From a virus (taxonomy: Duplodnaviria > Caudoviricetes): a stretch of DNA of 64,000 nt. Both the position numbers and the translations under genes were made by a program. The notes below the pieces were generated by a model, which did not search any database, was not told the DNA's origin, and was given only the letters and a program-made list of their open reading frames with translations. The stretch covers positions 32,001 through 96,000 of the IMG/VR virus record IMGVR_UViG_3300043432_000485. One strand, 5' to 3'. Numbering within the stretch: the first letter of the stretch is position 1; every line of letters starts with the position of its first letter. Below are positions 9,272 through 18,003 of this stretch, one piece after another.

Positions 9272-10189
9272 ATGGGTTGTTTTGACTACAGCTGTGCCAT
9301 CTCTGGGCTGTCCATTGGATCCCAGGATCCCGTGCGCTTCCTGCTACTTACTCAGAACCCTGTCACCGATGAGAAGGGACATCGAGGGTGGAACCCTAAC
9401 TCCTGGTGGGTGCCTCGCTGCTTTCCCGTGCGCGCTCTTTACAGCCACTACGGCACCGTCGAGAACATCGAGCAGGGCGTAGGGTTTGACATCATGTTGG
9501 AGGGGCTCCGCCGGGACATCGTGACCCGGGAAGTCGGGGAGAACGAGTACCATGACGTCCCGGTTTGGCCCGACATGCCGTGGGACAAATTGATGGAGGC
9601 CCTTTGGGAAGAACGGGTCCTGGTCAAGATCGAACCTGCGATTGCGGTCCTCGCGACGATCAAGACCCCGCTTGTCGACTATGCGATGATCAGAGAAGAC
9701 GTGTGGCAGCGCTTGCTCCGCGTTCCCATCATCAACACGTTCACGGACAACACCCTGAGGATCAAGCACTTCCGGAAGGAGATCCGGAAGCTGTACTCAG
9801 AAGCCTTGGCTCACCGAGACGATAGTGTGAGGATCAAGGAGATCATGGACAAGGCGGGACAGCCAGATTTCGATTTCGATCAGGCGTGGGAGGATTTCCA
9901 CCACCCGCTCGCGTCTCTTGGTCTTCAGGTTCAGTTCGTCCCCGGAGTTGAGACTCATTGGCGGCTGCTGGTATCTCGCGGGCTGCCGATCGAGCAGGTT
10001 GAGGGCATCTTGGATTCGATCGCCGAACTCGGCTACTTGACCTGCATGCTGGCCAACCTCGGGCACCAGTGGAGGCCCTCCACCACGTACGGGATGCAAC
10101 ACGGGGACTTCCGTTTTCACACGCAATTCCTGCAGGCACTCGCGCAAGTTGGGAACAAACTTGCCAAGGAGCAAGAACAAAACGATTGA
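9272..10189 (+). CDS. Hypothetical phage protein (MGCF..SC.ISGL.I family)
   Basis: Long intact ORF downstream of CGGTGTACT. Confidence 0.65.
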   Translation: MGCFDYSCAISGLSIGSQDPVRFLLLTQNPVTDEKGHRGWNPNSWWVPRCFPVRALYSHYGTVENIEQGVGFDIMLEGLRRDIVTREVGENEYHDVPVWPDMPWDKLMEALWEERVLVKIEPAIAVLATIKTPLVDYAMIREDVWQRLLRVPIINTFTDNTLRIKHFRKEIRKLYSEALAHRDDSVRIKEIMDKAGQPDFDFDQAWEDFHHPLASLGLQVQFVPGVETHWRLLVSRGLPIEQVEGILDSIAELGYLTCMLANLGHQWRPSTTYGMQHGDFRFHTQFLQALAQVGNKLAKEQEQND

Positions 10190-10231
10190 CCCCCTCCCGA
10201 TCTTAGGTACCATTCATCCAGGAGACAACTC

Positions 10232-10657
10232 ATGCCCGACCAACGCCACGTTCTGCAAACCCTTCTGGAAGATTACGGCCTGCCGACCCGGAGCTACTCG
10301 GGGCGCGGCATGTACGGCAAACCCTGTCTTGGGGTGGAAGCCGGTGACCGGGATCTCCTGAAGGCGGTTTTTGAGATCGGCTTCGAGCTGGGGGAACGCA
10401 CCGGCGAAGATGAAGCGGAGAACAAAGACCGCGACCCGAACTACGCGCTCAAGCAGGAACGTGAGGCCATCACCAAGGCCCTGTCCAGCATGCGCCAAGA
10501 GTCTCTCGGGCTCGGGGTGATCACGTACTTCCCGGGGGTTCCTTTCGTGGAGAATGCGTCGGAGCAAGACTTCGACGGGTGTTCTAACTGTGACCTGCCA
10601 CTCTCCGAATGTGAGTGTTCCAGCTTCAGCATCCGGCTCTGTCGGCGATCGCGTTAG
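10232..10657 (+). CDS. Hypothetical protein (RSYSGRGMYGKxCLG motif)
   Basis: GGAG RBS; motif typical of phage proteins; C-terminal Cys cluster. Confidence 0.65.
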   Translation: MPDQRHVLQTLLEDYGLPTRSYSGRGMYGKPCLGVEAGDRDLLKAVFEIGFELGERTGEDEAENKDRDPNYALKQEREAITKALSSMRQESLGLGVITYFPGVPFVENASEQDFDGCSNCDLPLSECECSSFSIRLCRRSR

Positions 10658-10836
10658 GCATCAGCCTTGTGACGTAGGGACTCGACCCAGAGCTTCTGGT
10701 GCTCTGTCAAGTCCTTCCCATCTCTCAGCTCGGTGGAAAACCCTTCGAACGCAGTCCGCTCCCCCGGCGACAGATTCTTGGAGGCCAACAGCTTCCCGAT
10801 CAGGATCTTGTAGGAGGGCTTCTTCGGTTTGGGCAT
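10654..10836 (-). CDS. Small hypothetical protein
   Basis: ATG 7 nt after GGTGTATG on the minus strand. Confidence 0.6.
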   Translation of the reverse strand: MPKPKKPSYKILIGKLLASKNLSPGERTAFEGFSTELRDGKDLTEHQKLWVESLRHKADA

Positions 10837-10992
10837 CCTGATACATACACCAGTGAAATCGGTCACTTGCCGGTGTAACAGTGACGAAATGTTTCGGCTA
10901 TGAATCTGCGCACCCCATAAGTATTGACAGATGCCCCACTCCGGTGTATTCACAGAGAGCCAGCCTGCAGTCACTAGCAGCAGAGGAACTAC

Positions 10993-11223
10993 ATGATCAT
11001 CGATCACCCAACGATCCGACACGATACGCGTTTTGGCAGTGAATCGGCCAAGATGGTGCAGTGCGACTTTTGCCCCACCACGGCCCCCGTCGGGTTCGAC
11101 ATGCATGAAGCGGTGGACAAGGCGCGCTCGGCCGGGTTCATCACGATCCGCGGGCGGACCGCGATCTCTCCGCGCAAGTGGAGTTGCCCGAAGTGCACCG
11201 TCAGGCGTAACACCGCCTCGTAG
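10993..11223 (+). CDS. Small zinc-finger protein
   Basis: CDFC...CPKC; GAGG RBS. Confidence 0.6.
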   Translation: MIIDHPTIRHDTRFGSESAKMVQCDFCPTTAPVGFDMHEAVDKARSAGFITIRGRTAISPRKWSCPKCTVRRNTAS

Positions 11224-11240
11224 CTGGTGTAGATGGGAGC

Positions 11241-11444
11241 ATGTGGCAATTCATGTTCCCATCTAAAGCTCCCCTGGTGGAGGCTGTGGGGCGTCAGTAT
11301 CGACGCAAGCAGGACACCATGACCTAGGAGCTGGTGGCTATCGACACGACGGCTGACACGGTCAAGCTTCGCGGCCCCGGCTACGGCAAGGGCCACATGA
11401 CGATCAGCCGCACCGAGTTTCAAAAGGATTGGGTAGCAGCATGA
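11241..11444 (+). CDS. Small protein with an in-frame TAG at codon 29 (11325-11327)
   Basis: ATG 7 nt after GGTGTAGA; MWQFMFPSKAPLVEAVGRQYRRKQDTMT*ELVAIDTTADTVKLRGPGYGKGHMTISRTEFQKDWVAA; TGA overlaps the coaD ATG. Confidence 0.6.
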
Positions 11445-11977
11445 CCACAGCAGTTTACGCGGGAAGCTTCGACCCTGTTACATTGGGGCATCTGGACTTG
11501 ATCCTCAAGGCCAGCAAGTCGTTTCAAGAGGTCATCGTAGGAGTAGGTGCCAACTCCCAGAAGAAGCAGCCCTTGTTCGATCAAGACGAGCGAATCAAGC
11601 TGGTCCGAGGGGCCTTATCAGAGATTAGTGCCACGAAGTCAGGGCTCCTGAGCAACAGCACTCGGGACCGCATCTATGTGATGCCATTTAATGGCTTGCT
11701 GGTGGACTTCTGCCTAGCACAATCGGCAACCGTGATCGTGCGCGGGCTGCGCGCCGTAAGTGACTTCGAGGTCGAGATGGCTATTGCACATGCCAACAGC
11801 AGCATGTGCCAGCACATCGATACCGTGTTCTTCCCCACCAAGCCCGAGCACTCTTTCGTGTCCAGCTCCACCGTCAAAGAGATCGCCTTCCATCCCAGCA
11901 CCACCGGATGGGCCAGCCTTCACCAATACGTGACCTCCAATGTGTTGGAAGCTCTTCGAGAGAAGAAGTTCAAATGA
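11441..11977 (+). CDS. coaD: Phosphopantetheine adenylyltransferase
   Basis: AVYAGSFDPVTLGHLD, IVRGLRAVSDFEVE, FVSSSTVKEIA. Confidence 0.9.
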   Translation: MTTAVYAGSFDPVTLGHLDLILKASKSFQEVIVGVGANSQKKQPLFDQDERIKLVRGALSEISATKSGLLSNSTRDRIYVMPFNGLLVDFCLAQSATVIVRGLRAVSDFEVEMAIAHANSSMCQHIDTVFFPTKPEHSFVSSSTVKEIAFHPSTTGWASLHQYVTSNVLEALREKKFK

Positions 11978-12216
11978 GCCCCCTACTTGGGCTCTACTGC
12001 ATCGGCGCCATCGTGGCTGGGATCATTGAGGGTCACTATCAGTACGGGCGATTCAAGAATCGAGCCCAGCTGGGATTGAGTACCTCCGAAGCGGTCCAAG
12101 AAGCCGCATTCTACGTGCTGGGGACTGCCATCTCTTGGCCGCCCGTCGCTGCATTCTGGTTGCTCATGGTGCTGATCTTCAAATTGTGGGATCTCTACGT
12201 CGCATGGAAACGTTGA
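11974..12216 (+). CDS. Small membrane protein
   Basis: Two hydrophobic segments; ATGA overlap with coaD. Confidence 0.55.
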   Translation: MSPLLGLYCIGAIVAGIIEGHYQYGRFKNRAQLGLSTSEAVQEAAFYVLGTAISWPPVAAFWLLMVLIFKLWDLYVAWKR

Positions 12217-12234
12217 GTCGGTGTAGTCTAGGGT

Positions 12235-12747
12235 ATGCGAAAACCCATTGTCTATACTGCCGGTCCGCTCGGGTTCTCTGAGGTTGGCCGCGCTTTCCAC
12301 AACGGCACGTTCGTACCCATGCTTGAGCGGCTCGGCTTCGAGGTGCTGGATCCTTGGAAACTGACCCCTGATGAGTTGGTGCGCCCCGTGCTGGACATGC
12401 CGTACGGGCAAGCCAAGAAGAGCACCCTTGAGACCCTCAACATCGTGATCGGGCGGAACAACCGCAATGCGATCCAAGCCTGTGACCTGGTGGTCGCCGT
12501 GCTGGATGGAACCGACGTTGACAGTGGGACCGCGGCAGAGGTCGGCTACGCGGCCGGGCTCAACAAGCCGATCGAGGGCTATCGGGGAGATTTCCGCCGG
12601 GCATCAGACAACGACGGCAGTGTGGTGAACCTGCAGGTCGAGTTCTTCATGATGCATCATTCGTACCATGGTCGGATTGCAACCAACATGAGTGAGCTGG
12701 AAGCCAACCTTCTCGGGTACTTGAGAATGTTCTCGGCTCTGAGGTGA
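12235..12747 (+). CDS. Nucleoside 2-deoxyribosyltransferase / deoxynucleotide N-glycosidase family
   Basis: YTAGPLGFS, CDLVVAVLDG..VDSGTAAEVGYA..LNKP. Confidence 0.85.
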   Translation: MRKPIVYTAGPLGFSEVGRAFHNGTFVPMLERLGFEVLDPWKLTPDELVRPVLDMPYGQAKKSTLETLNIVIGRNNRNAIQACDLVVAVLDGTDVDSGTAAEVGYAAGLNKPIEGYRGDFRRASDNDGSVVNLQVEFFMMHHSYHGRIATNMSELEANLLGYLRMFSALR

Positions 12748-12759
12748 TGAGTCTACTGG

Positions 12760-13218
12760 CTAGCTGTGGTCACGATTGTTCCGCCCACAAAAAGTTGGAG
12801 ATTGGGAGTCGCAGTTGGGGCACACGAAACGGAGATTGTCAATCCGATCATCATTGCGTTCACCGTTAATGTGGTCTAAACGCAGGACAAGAGGTTTCCC
12901 TCTCCACTCTGGTCCCATGCCACATTCTGCGCAATTGTAGGGAATCAGACTATGAGTCAGGATCACGCGTTTCAGAGTCTTACGGGCATAGGATCCGTTG
13001 GGAACAAGAGCCGACTCCGGAGTAGCCAGTGGACGTCGAGTCACCGCTTTCCAGTGTTCTGTACTCAACCCTAGCTTCTGTACCGTGTTTCTTACTAGCG
13101 CATAGCTCGTGCCAACTCTGGCTATCCCCAGATATTGGATGGCTCTCAGAGTGGATGTGGTACGAGAGACCGCTTCTATGATTTCTTGTTCAGTAGGTGT
13201 ACGAGATTTTTTACCCAT
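12760..13218 (-). mobile_element. HNH homing endonuclease immediately downstream of the tRNA
   Basis: CAEC...LRLDHINGERNDDRIDNLRFVCPNCDS; AT-richer than flanks. Confidence 0.85.
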
Positions 13219-13238
13219 ATGTAGGTTAGGACTTAGAA

Positions 13239-13313
13239 TGGCGGTCCCGAGGTGATTCGAACACCCCTACTGCAATTTTAGAGGTTGCTGCCTGGCCACT
13301 AGGCTACGGGACC
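13239..13313 (-). tRNA. tRNA with CUA anticodon (amber suppressor type), encoded CCA end
   Basis: GGTCCCG/CGGGACC acceptor stem; GCCT/AGGC D stem; GCAAC-CT CTA AA-ATTGC anticodon arm; GGGTG-TTCGAAT-CACCT T arm; G73-CCA. Confidence 0.88.
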
Positions 13314-13426
13314 ATGTCCTACATCTACACCATTTTATGGATTCTGTCGCGCTCTTTTGTCTGGAGTTTTTGACCGCCCAAGTGTCTTAGGGGTAAGACT
13401 TCCCTCTGAACCAAAGGACACTGAAC

Positions 13427-14299
13427 ATGGGTAAGACAGCAATCAAGGCTCCTCGCGGCAAGACCAGCTTCCGGCTCGATCCGAACGACCCGCGCCTGCG
13501 TCTCATCGGGCACGACACCAACCACAAGGATGGCGAGCACATCTGCTACCAGGAGCGCGCCCACCTTCCGGTGGATGAGGAGTTCGCGCAGTACATGGCG
13601 GTCCATGGCTGCACCAGCGTCCTCATCGTCTTCCGGGACGGGGACTTCCTGGACATCGTGGTCGGCCGCCGCCGTCTCAAGGCTGCACGCCGCGCCAACG
13701 AGATCCGAGCTGAGCGCGGGCTGGACCCGATCCGCATCGAAGTCCAGGTCTTCGACGGTACGCCCCTCGAAGTTCTGGCCCTCATGATCACCGAGAACTC
13801 GCGGCGTCTCGAACCGCACGCCATTCAGATGGCGCTCGATCTCAACCGCTTCCTCCGCCTGGGGGCGACTCTTACGGAGGCAGCGTTCACGATCGGCAAG
13901 TCCGAGCAGACGGTCACCAACTACATCAGCCTTCTGCGCCTCTCGACTCCGGTGCAGGAAGCGGTTGCCCGCGGTGACCTCGCGGTGTCGGCGGCCATCG
14001 AACTGCTGAGCCTCACACGCGACGAGCAGACGGTCGAGCTGGTGAGCTTGCTGGCAAAGGGCGAGCGCCCGACGGCCGCCAACGTCAACGCGGCGGTCCG
14101 TACCAAGAAGTCCGGTGAGGCGGTTTCCCCCGCGCCCAAGACGCGCACTCTCCGCAAGCTGATCGCAGCGGAGGGCGCCGAGGAAGTGCTCGGGGAGAAC
14201 GGGATCGCGCTCATCCGCTTCGTGCTCGGCGAGCTGCCGGCGCGCAACATCAAGGGCCTGACCGAGCTGCTCCGCAAGGTGGAGAGCAAGAAGGCCTGA
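13427..14299 (+). CDS. ParB/Spo0J-like protein with HTH
   Basis: IVVGRRRLKAA, ITENSRRLEP, IGKSEQTVTNYISLLRL; strongly GC3-biased codons. Confidence 0.75.
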   Translation: MGKTAIKAPRGKTSFRLDPNDPRLRLIGHDTNHKDGEHICYQERAHLPVDEEFAQYMAVHGCTSVLIVFRDGDFLDIVVGRRRLKAARRANEIRAERGLDPIRIEVQVFDGTPLEVLALMITENSRRLEPHAIQMALDLNRFLRLGATLTEAAFTIGKSEQTVTNYISLLRLSTPVQEAVARGDLAVSAAIELLSLTRDEQTVELVSLLAKGERPTAANVNAAVRTKKSGEAVSPAPKTRTLRKLIAAEGAEEVLGENGIALIRFVLGELPARNIKGLTELLRKVESKKA

Positions 14300-14309
14300 C
14301 CAACAACCA

Positions 14310-14337
14310 ACGCCGCCCGGGGAAACCTGGGCGGCGT
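14310..14337 (+). terminator. GC-rich hairpin after the ParB-like gene
   Basis: ACGCCGCCCGGG-GAAA-CCTGGGCGGCGT; no strong U tract. Confidence 0.5.
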
Positions 14338-14355
14338 ATCGGTGTAATCATAGCG

Positions 14356-15036
14356 GTGCGGAACAGAGCCCACAAGAACCTATCCCTGAGTTACTACCAA
14401 GAAGGTGGTGCCCCAGAGGTATGCGCCACGCTCAATCTGACACCTCCGGATACCAGGCAGTACGTGCTCCGGATGTTGGTGCACCACCCCATACATGGGT
14501 GGGAGATCCCGTCAGACTTGGCTTGGTTGGCCCCCGGGATCGCGCTGGCCGTCGACTACCAAAAGTCGGTACTGCACAGAGAGGTGGCCTACTGCTATGT
14601 CACCGTCCGACATGGGGAGGTAACCTCCAGCACGGATGATGTATGGCATGTGGACGGCTTTTCGATGCGAGAACCTCACTTGCCGGAGCACGACTACCTC
14701 TGGTGTGACCGCAGTCCTACCGAGTGTTACACGGCAGGCGTGCGTGTGCCGGATGACTTTGATCCGATGCACCACAACCTACACTGGCTCTTCCAGGACG
14801 TGATCCCTGAGGGAGCCCCCGTTCACACTTTACCGACACGAACGCTGGTGGTGATGGACCCCTACCACATCCACCGGCGGCCCAAGATGCCCATGGGAGC
14901 GCATCGAACTCTGGTGCGTATCTCCATGTTACCTATACCCATTTTGACCCCGGATTGCGCCGTCAACCCGGCATACCCTCCGACGGTGTTGGACCGAGAA
15001 GACATTCGTCTGAAGTTGGCGCGGTACCCAATTTAA
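14356..15036 (+). CDS. Putative 2OG-Fe(II) oxygenase-fold protein
   Basis: WHVDG (HxD), distal IHRRP, RTLVRIS; GTG start 7 nt after CGGTGTAAT. Confidence 0.55.
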   Translation: MRNRAHKNLSLSYYQEGGAPEVCATLNLTPPDTRQYVLRMLVHHPIHGWEIPSDLAWLAPGIALAVDYQKSVLHREVAYCYVTVRHGEVTSSTDDVWHVDGFSMREPHLPEHDYLWCDRSPTECYTAGVRVPDDFDPMHHNLHWLFQDVIPEGAPVHTLPTRTLVVMDPYHIHRRPKMPMGAHRTLVRISMLPIPILTPDCAVNPAYPPTVLDREDIRLKLARYPI

Positions 15037-15072
15037 CCCTGGAGTTCTTTCGCGCTGAAGTGTAGTAAAGGC

Positions 15073-16785
15073 ATGCCCTGCTACGAAGTACAATACCACA
15101 TGAACAAACCATCTAAAACCCGATTCTGCCCTCTCAACCGCAAGCTCCTTGCCGCATATCCAAGCGGAGAAGAGCAGATCGCCCTCGGAGAGCAAGTGGC
15201 CCTCAAGGTGTTCAAAAGCCGGGCCACGTTCCCCTACACTCGCATCATCGAGATCGTGGGGATGATGCAGGTGGGTAAAACTCTTACCGTCAAGGCGGCG
15301 ATCAACAAGCTGACTAGTCTCGCCCCGGAACTGCGCCCATTGCTCATGTACTTCATGAGCCAGAACCAGAACATCAATAAGGTTCAAGCTGAGGACGATC
15401 TAGATCCTGACCCGAGTTCCAAGGACATAGGATGTGAACCTAACGCCATGTGTGAAGATTACATCGGCTTACACCCAAGTGCATTGAAGCAGTTCCTTGG
15501 TGGGAGGTTGGCTGGTAAACGCGCAGACGATGATGGAAAGCTTCGTTATTTTAGGGACTGGCGCAAATTGTTAGCTCGTGGTCATCAGCTCATCTTAGCG
15601 TTTGACGAGGACCATCAAGCGCTGAATCGGAACGGGCAACTTAGCAAGCTCTTTTCAGCACTTGGCATCAGCTTCCGCGACGGGCAAGAAACCATCCCGG
15701 AAAACGTAATGATATTGGCCATAGGTGCCACTGGGTGGCCTACGCGCCTAAAAGGTGTTGAGCGAGTGAAGGTGCCGGAGACCAGGGACTACTTGAGTCC
15801 TGAGGGTCTCTTTCCCCGTCTTCATCACATTACCGAGGAAGTTGTGGATGACAATGGGGAGGTCACCACTTCGTTCACAAAGTTTCTCAAGAGGTGTGCC
15901 AAAAAGCAGCCTATGAGCCTGGTCGTTCAAGCTTCTGGAGACAAGCACCTACGTGGGCACCAGGCTATAGCAAAGGCATATCGGGCTCACTACAAGAGTT
16001 TGGGGGTTCCGCGGGTCTCAGTGGTGTCCTACGGATCTACCGTTGCTTGCGACAAGCCGGTAGAGGAGTTTCGAAAGGACATGCTCCGTAAGCCTACGGA
16101 GCCAACCCTCAGACTGCTCATCAACAGCTACGGTTGTGGCATGCGTCTTGACGCTGAGATGTCCAGGTACATCTGTGGTCGCTGGCTAGGTTGTGGGGTG
16201 AAGCCGGGACAGTCGTTTGCGGACGTCCAAGCCGATGTGTGGGCTCAACGTCTGGGCCGAGATTGTGGACGTAGAAAGCGTCATCTAACCTATCCAATCG
16301 CTTGTCACGCCGAGTTCATGAAGTGGGTGATAAAGCAGATGCGCGCTGACATCCCACTCAAAGGAACCTACACGACCTCCAAAGTCAAAGGACGGCGCAC
16401 TCAAGGTGGGGTGAAGGTTTATCGAGAACTAGTGGCGGTCACTGAGAAAGTCGCACGCGCACGCTACTGGTCTGAAAAGGATGGAGAGAAACTTCCCAAC
16501 TGCGTGCGGCCAGGTGGCCGTACCGTCAGTACAGGTAAGAGAAATCGTGACATCTTTCGCCTGATGCTTGGCGGCAACTCTATCGGCACAAGGCATCACC
16601 ATCGTGAGTTTTGCTACATCGAAGTGCCGACTCCAGGGTATGAAGATTCATTTAAAGAGTTCAAGGCCAAGTACCCGGAATTCTTCAAAGAAAATGGCGG
16701 TACCGGTTACGTGGAAATGGTCCGCGTCACGGCGGCAAACGACACGTTCACAGTCCCGCACAAAAAGTCAAGCATGATGGCCTGA
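15073..16785 (+). CDS. SF2 helicase-like ATPase
   Basis: GMMQVGKT (Walker A-like), AFDEDH (DExH), IGAT, QRLGR. Confidence 0.55.
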   Translation: MPCYEVQYHMNKPSKTRFCPLNRKLLAAYPSGEEQIALGEQVALKVFKSRATFPYTRIIEIVGMMQVGKTLTVKAAINKLTSLAPELRPLLMYFMSQNQNINKVQAEDDLDPDPSSKDIGCEPNAMCEDYIGLHPSALKQFLGGRLAGKRADDDGKLRYFRDWRKLLARGHQLILAFDEDHQALNRNGQLSKLFSALGISFRDGQETIPENVMILAIGATGWPTRLKGVERVKVPETRDYLSPEGLFPRLHHITEEVVDDNGEVTTSFTKFLKRCAKKQPMSLVVQASGDKHLRGHQAIAKAYRAHYKSLGVPRVSVVSYGSTVACDKPVEEFRKDMLRKPTEPTLRLLINSYGCGMRLDAEMSRYICGRWLGCGVKPGQSFADVQADVWAQRLGRDCGRRKRHLTYPIACHAEFMKWVIKQMRADIPLKGTYTTSKVKGRRTQGGVKVYRELVAVTEKVARARYWSEKDGEKLPNCVRPGGRTVSTGKRNRDIFRLMLGGNSIGTRHHHREFCYIEVPTPGYEDSFKEFKAKYPEFFKENGGTGYVEMVRVTAANDTFTVPHKKSSMMA

Positions 16786-16872
16786 TTAGCGTTGCAGGGC
16801 CGCATGGAGGCCAGTCGACGGTGTATAGAAGAGTGTTCGGGTGCATCGGCTAGGTGTAAGTAAAGGGGCGCG

Positions 16873-17052
16873 ATGGAATCCATCAAACCCGCCCCATCAC
16901 CTGATTCCGTGCGCCATGCGATGGTCCTGCACCGTCTGGCGAAGCACCCTTTCGAGAGAAGGATTCCAGGCCGCCTCGTACAACAAGACGGCCTGGATAT
17001 CCACATGGTATGCGGGGTATGCTCAGAAGTGATCTATGTGCTGAGCAACTAG
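16873..17052 (+). CDS. Small hypothetical protein (59 aa, CxxC near C-terminus)
   Basis: Read manually: MESIKPAPSP...HMVCGVCSEVIYVLSN*; downstream of GGTGTAAG. Confidence 0.5.
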   Translation: MESIKPAPSPDSVRHAMVLHRLAKHPFERRIPGRLVQQDGLDIHMVCGVCSEVIYVLSN

Positions 17053-17402
17053 CGGGAGAGGGCCAGGGGTAGAGAGCTAGTGATCCTCCTCCCCTCGGGT
17101 CCGAGCGCGATTGCAGTCAGCTCGTTGTTGCGATCCGGCTCCCTGAATCTGGACACCTGGATGTACCGGCCTTCAGCTTTCTTGGCCAGTGCCTCCAAGG
17201 CATCCTCATTGGGAGCCACCAGTAGCGCTAGGGTGTTGGACTCTTGGTGCCATTGCTTGGCTACCTATCCATGTTCGAAAATGAACTCGGTTATGGCATG
17301 TATTGATTGTACTGCCTGTTGTGCATAGCTTAGATCAGACCTTACAATCACGTATAGTTTCGAGATACGTGATCGCCGTTCGCATTGCTGTGGTGTTGTC
17401 AT
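17049..17402 (-). CDS. Peptidyl-tRNA hydrolase 2 (PTH2)-like protein with an in-frame TAG at 17267-17265
   Basis: Read manually: KLYVIVRSDLSYAQQAVQSIHAITEFIFEHG*VAKQWHQESNTLALL...FREPDRNNELTAIALGP...SSLPLAL; absent from the ORF track. Confidence 0.7.
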
Positions 17403-18003
17403 GAAAATATCCTAGTCCTTGGTTACAGGGGTTACACAGAAGTCCACGAACCCTGCCTGAGACATGGTCGTGATCTACATCGAATCTATTTGGGGTGCCC
17501 CTACATATTGCACATACCCCACCTTGAAAAGCTAACATGTCATTGTATTCATTTAGGGTTATGCCATGTGTTTTCAATAGGTAGCCATTTTTCCTACGTT
17601 CTTGGTTCTTAGCTACCCAGGCTTGCCATACGATTTTTCTCTTCTCTGGATTGGAATTTCTCCAGGCAGTATTTTTAGCCTTTTGGCACGCTTTGCAACA
17701 GCTTTGGAGGCCTCCTTCACCCGACTTGCTGAGGTGATACTCAGTGACTGGTTTAGTTTCCATACAGGTAGAGCAACGTTTGGAGCCGGTTGTTCTAACC
17801 GGGGCGCCATTCTCGGCTCTGGACTTTCTCCATTCCTTAGTGCGTTCCCTCTGACAAAGCTTACAGTAGGCTCCAACCCCCTGGCTACCCCTGGAAGCTT
17901 TGTGAAAGGAATCTATGGGCAACTCTTCTTGACATCTCGAACATTTCTTCATACAGCAGCAGAGCAACAAGAATAGTATTGAGTCAACAGGCTTAGAGGC
18001 CAT
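17335..18003 (-). mobile_element. Endonuclease VII-like homing endonuclease inserted at the 5' end of the PTH2-like gene
   Basis: CAIC...DVDHDHVSGRVRGLLCNPCNQGLG; repeated CxxC; AT-rich. Confidence 0.85.

Noticed and set aside
13239-13313. Reading the tRNA as Arg(TCT) or as tRNA-Pyl
   Set aside because: TCT would put C at position 33 and make the loop asymmetric; the 6-bp anticodon stem and short variable loop of tRNA-Pyl are absent.
17049-17052. Two convergent genes sharing one CTAG as stop codons
   Set aside because: A neat overlap, but expected in compact genomes; it only shows TAG working as a stop.
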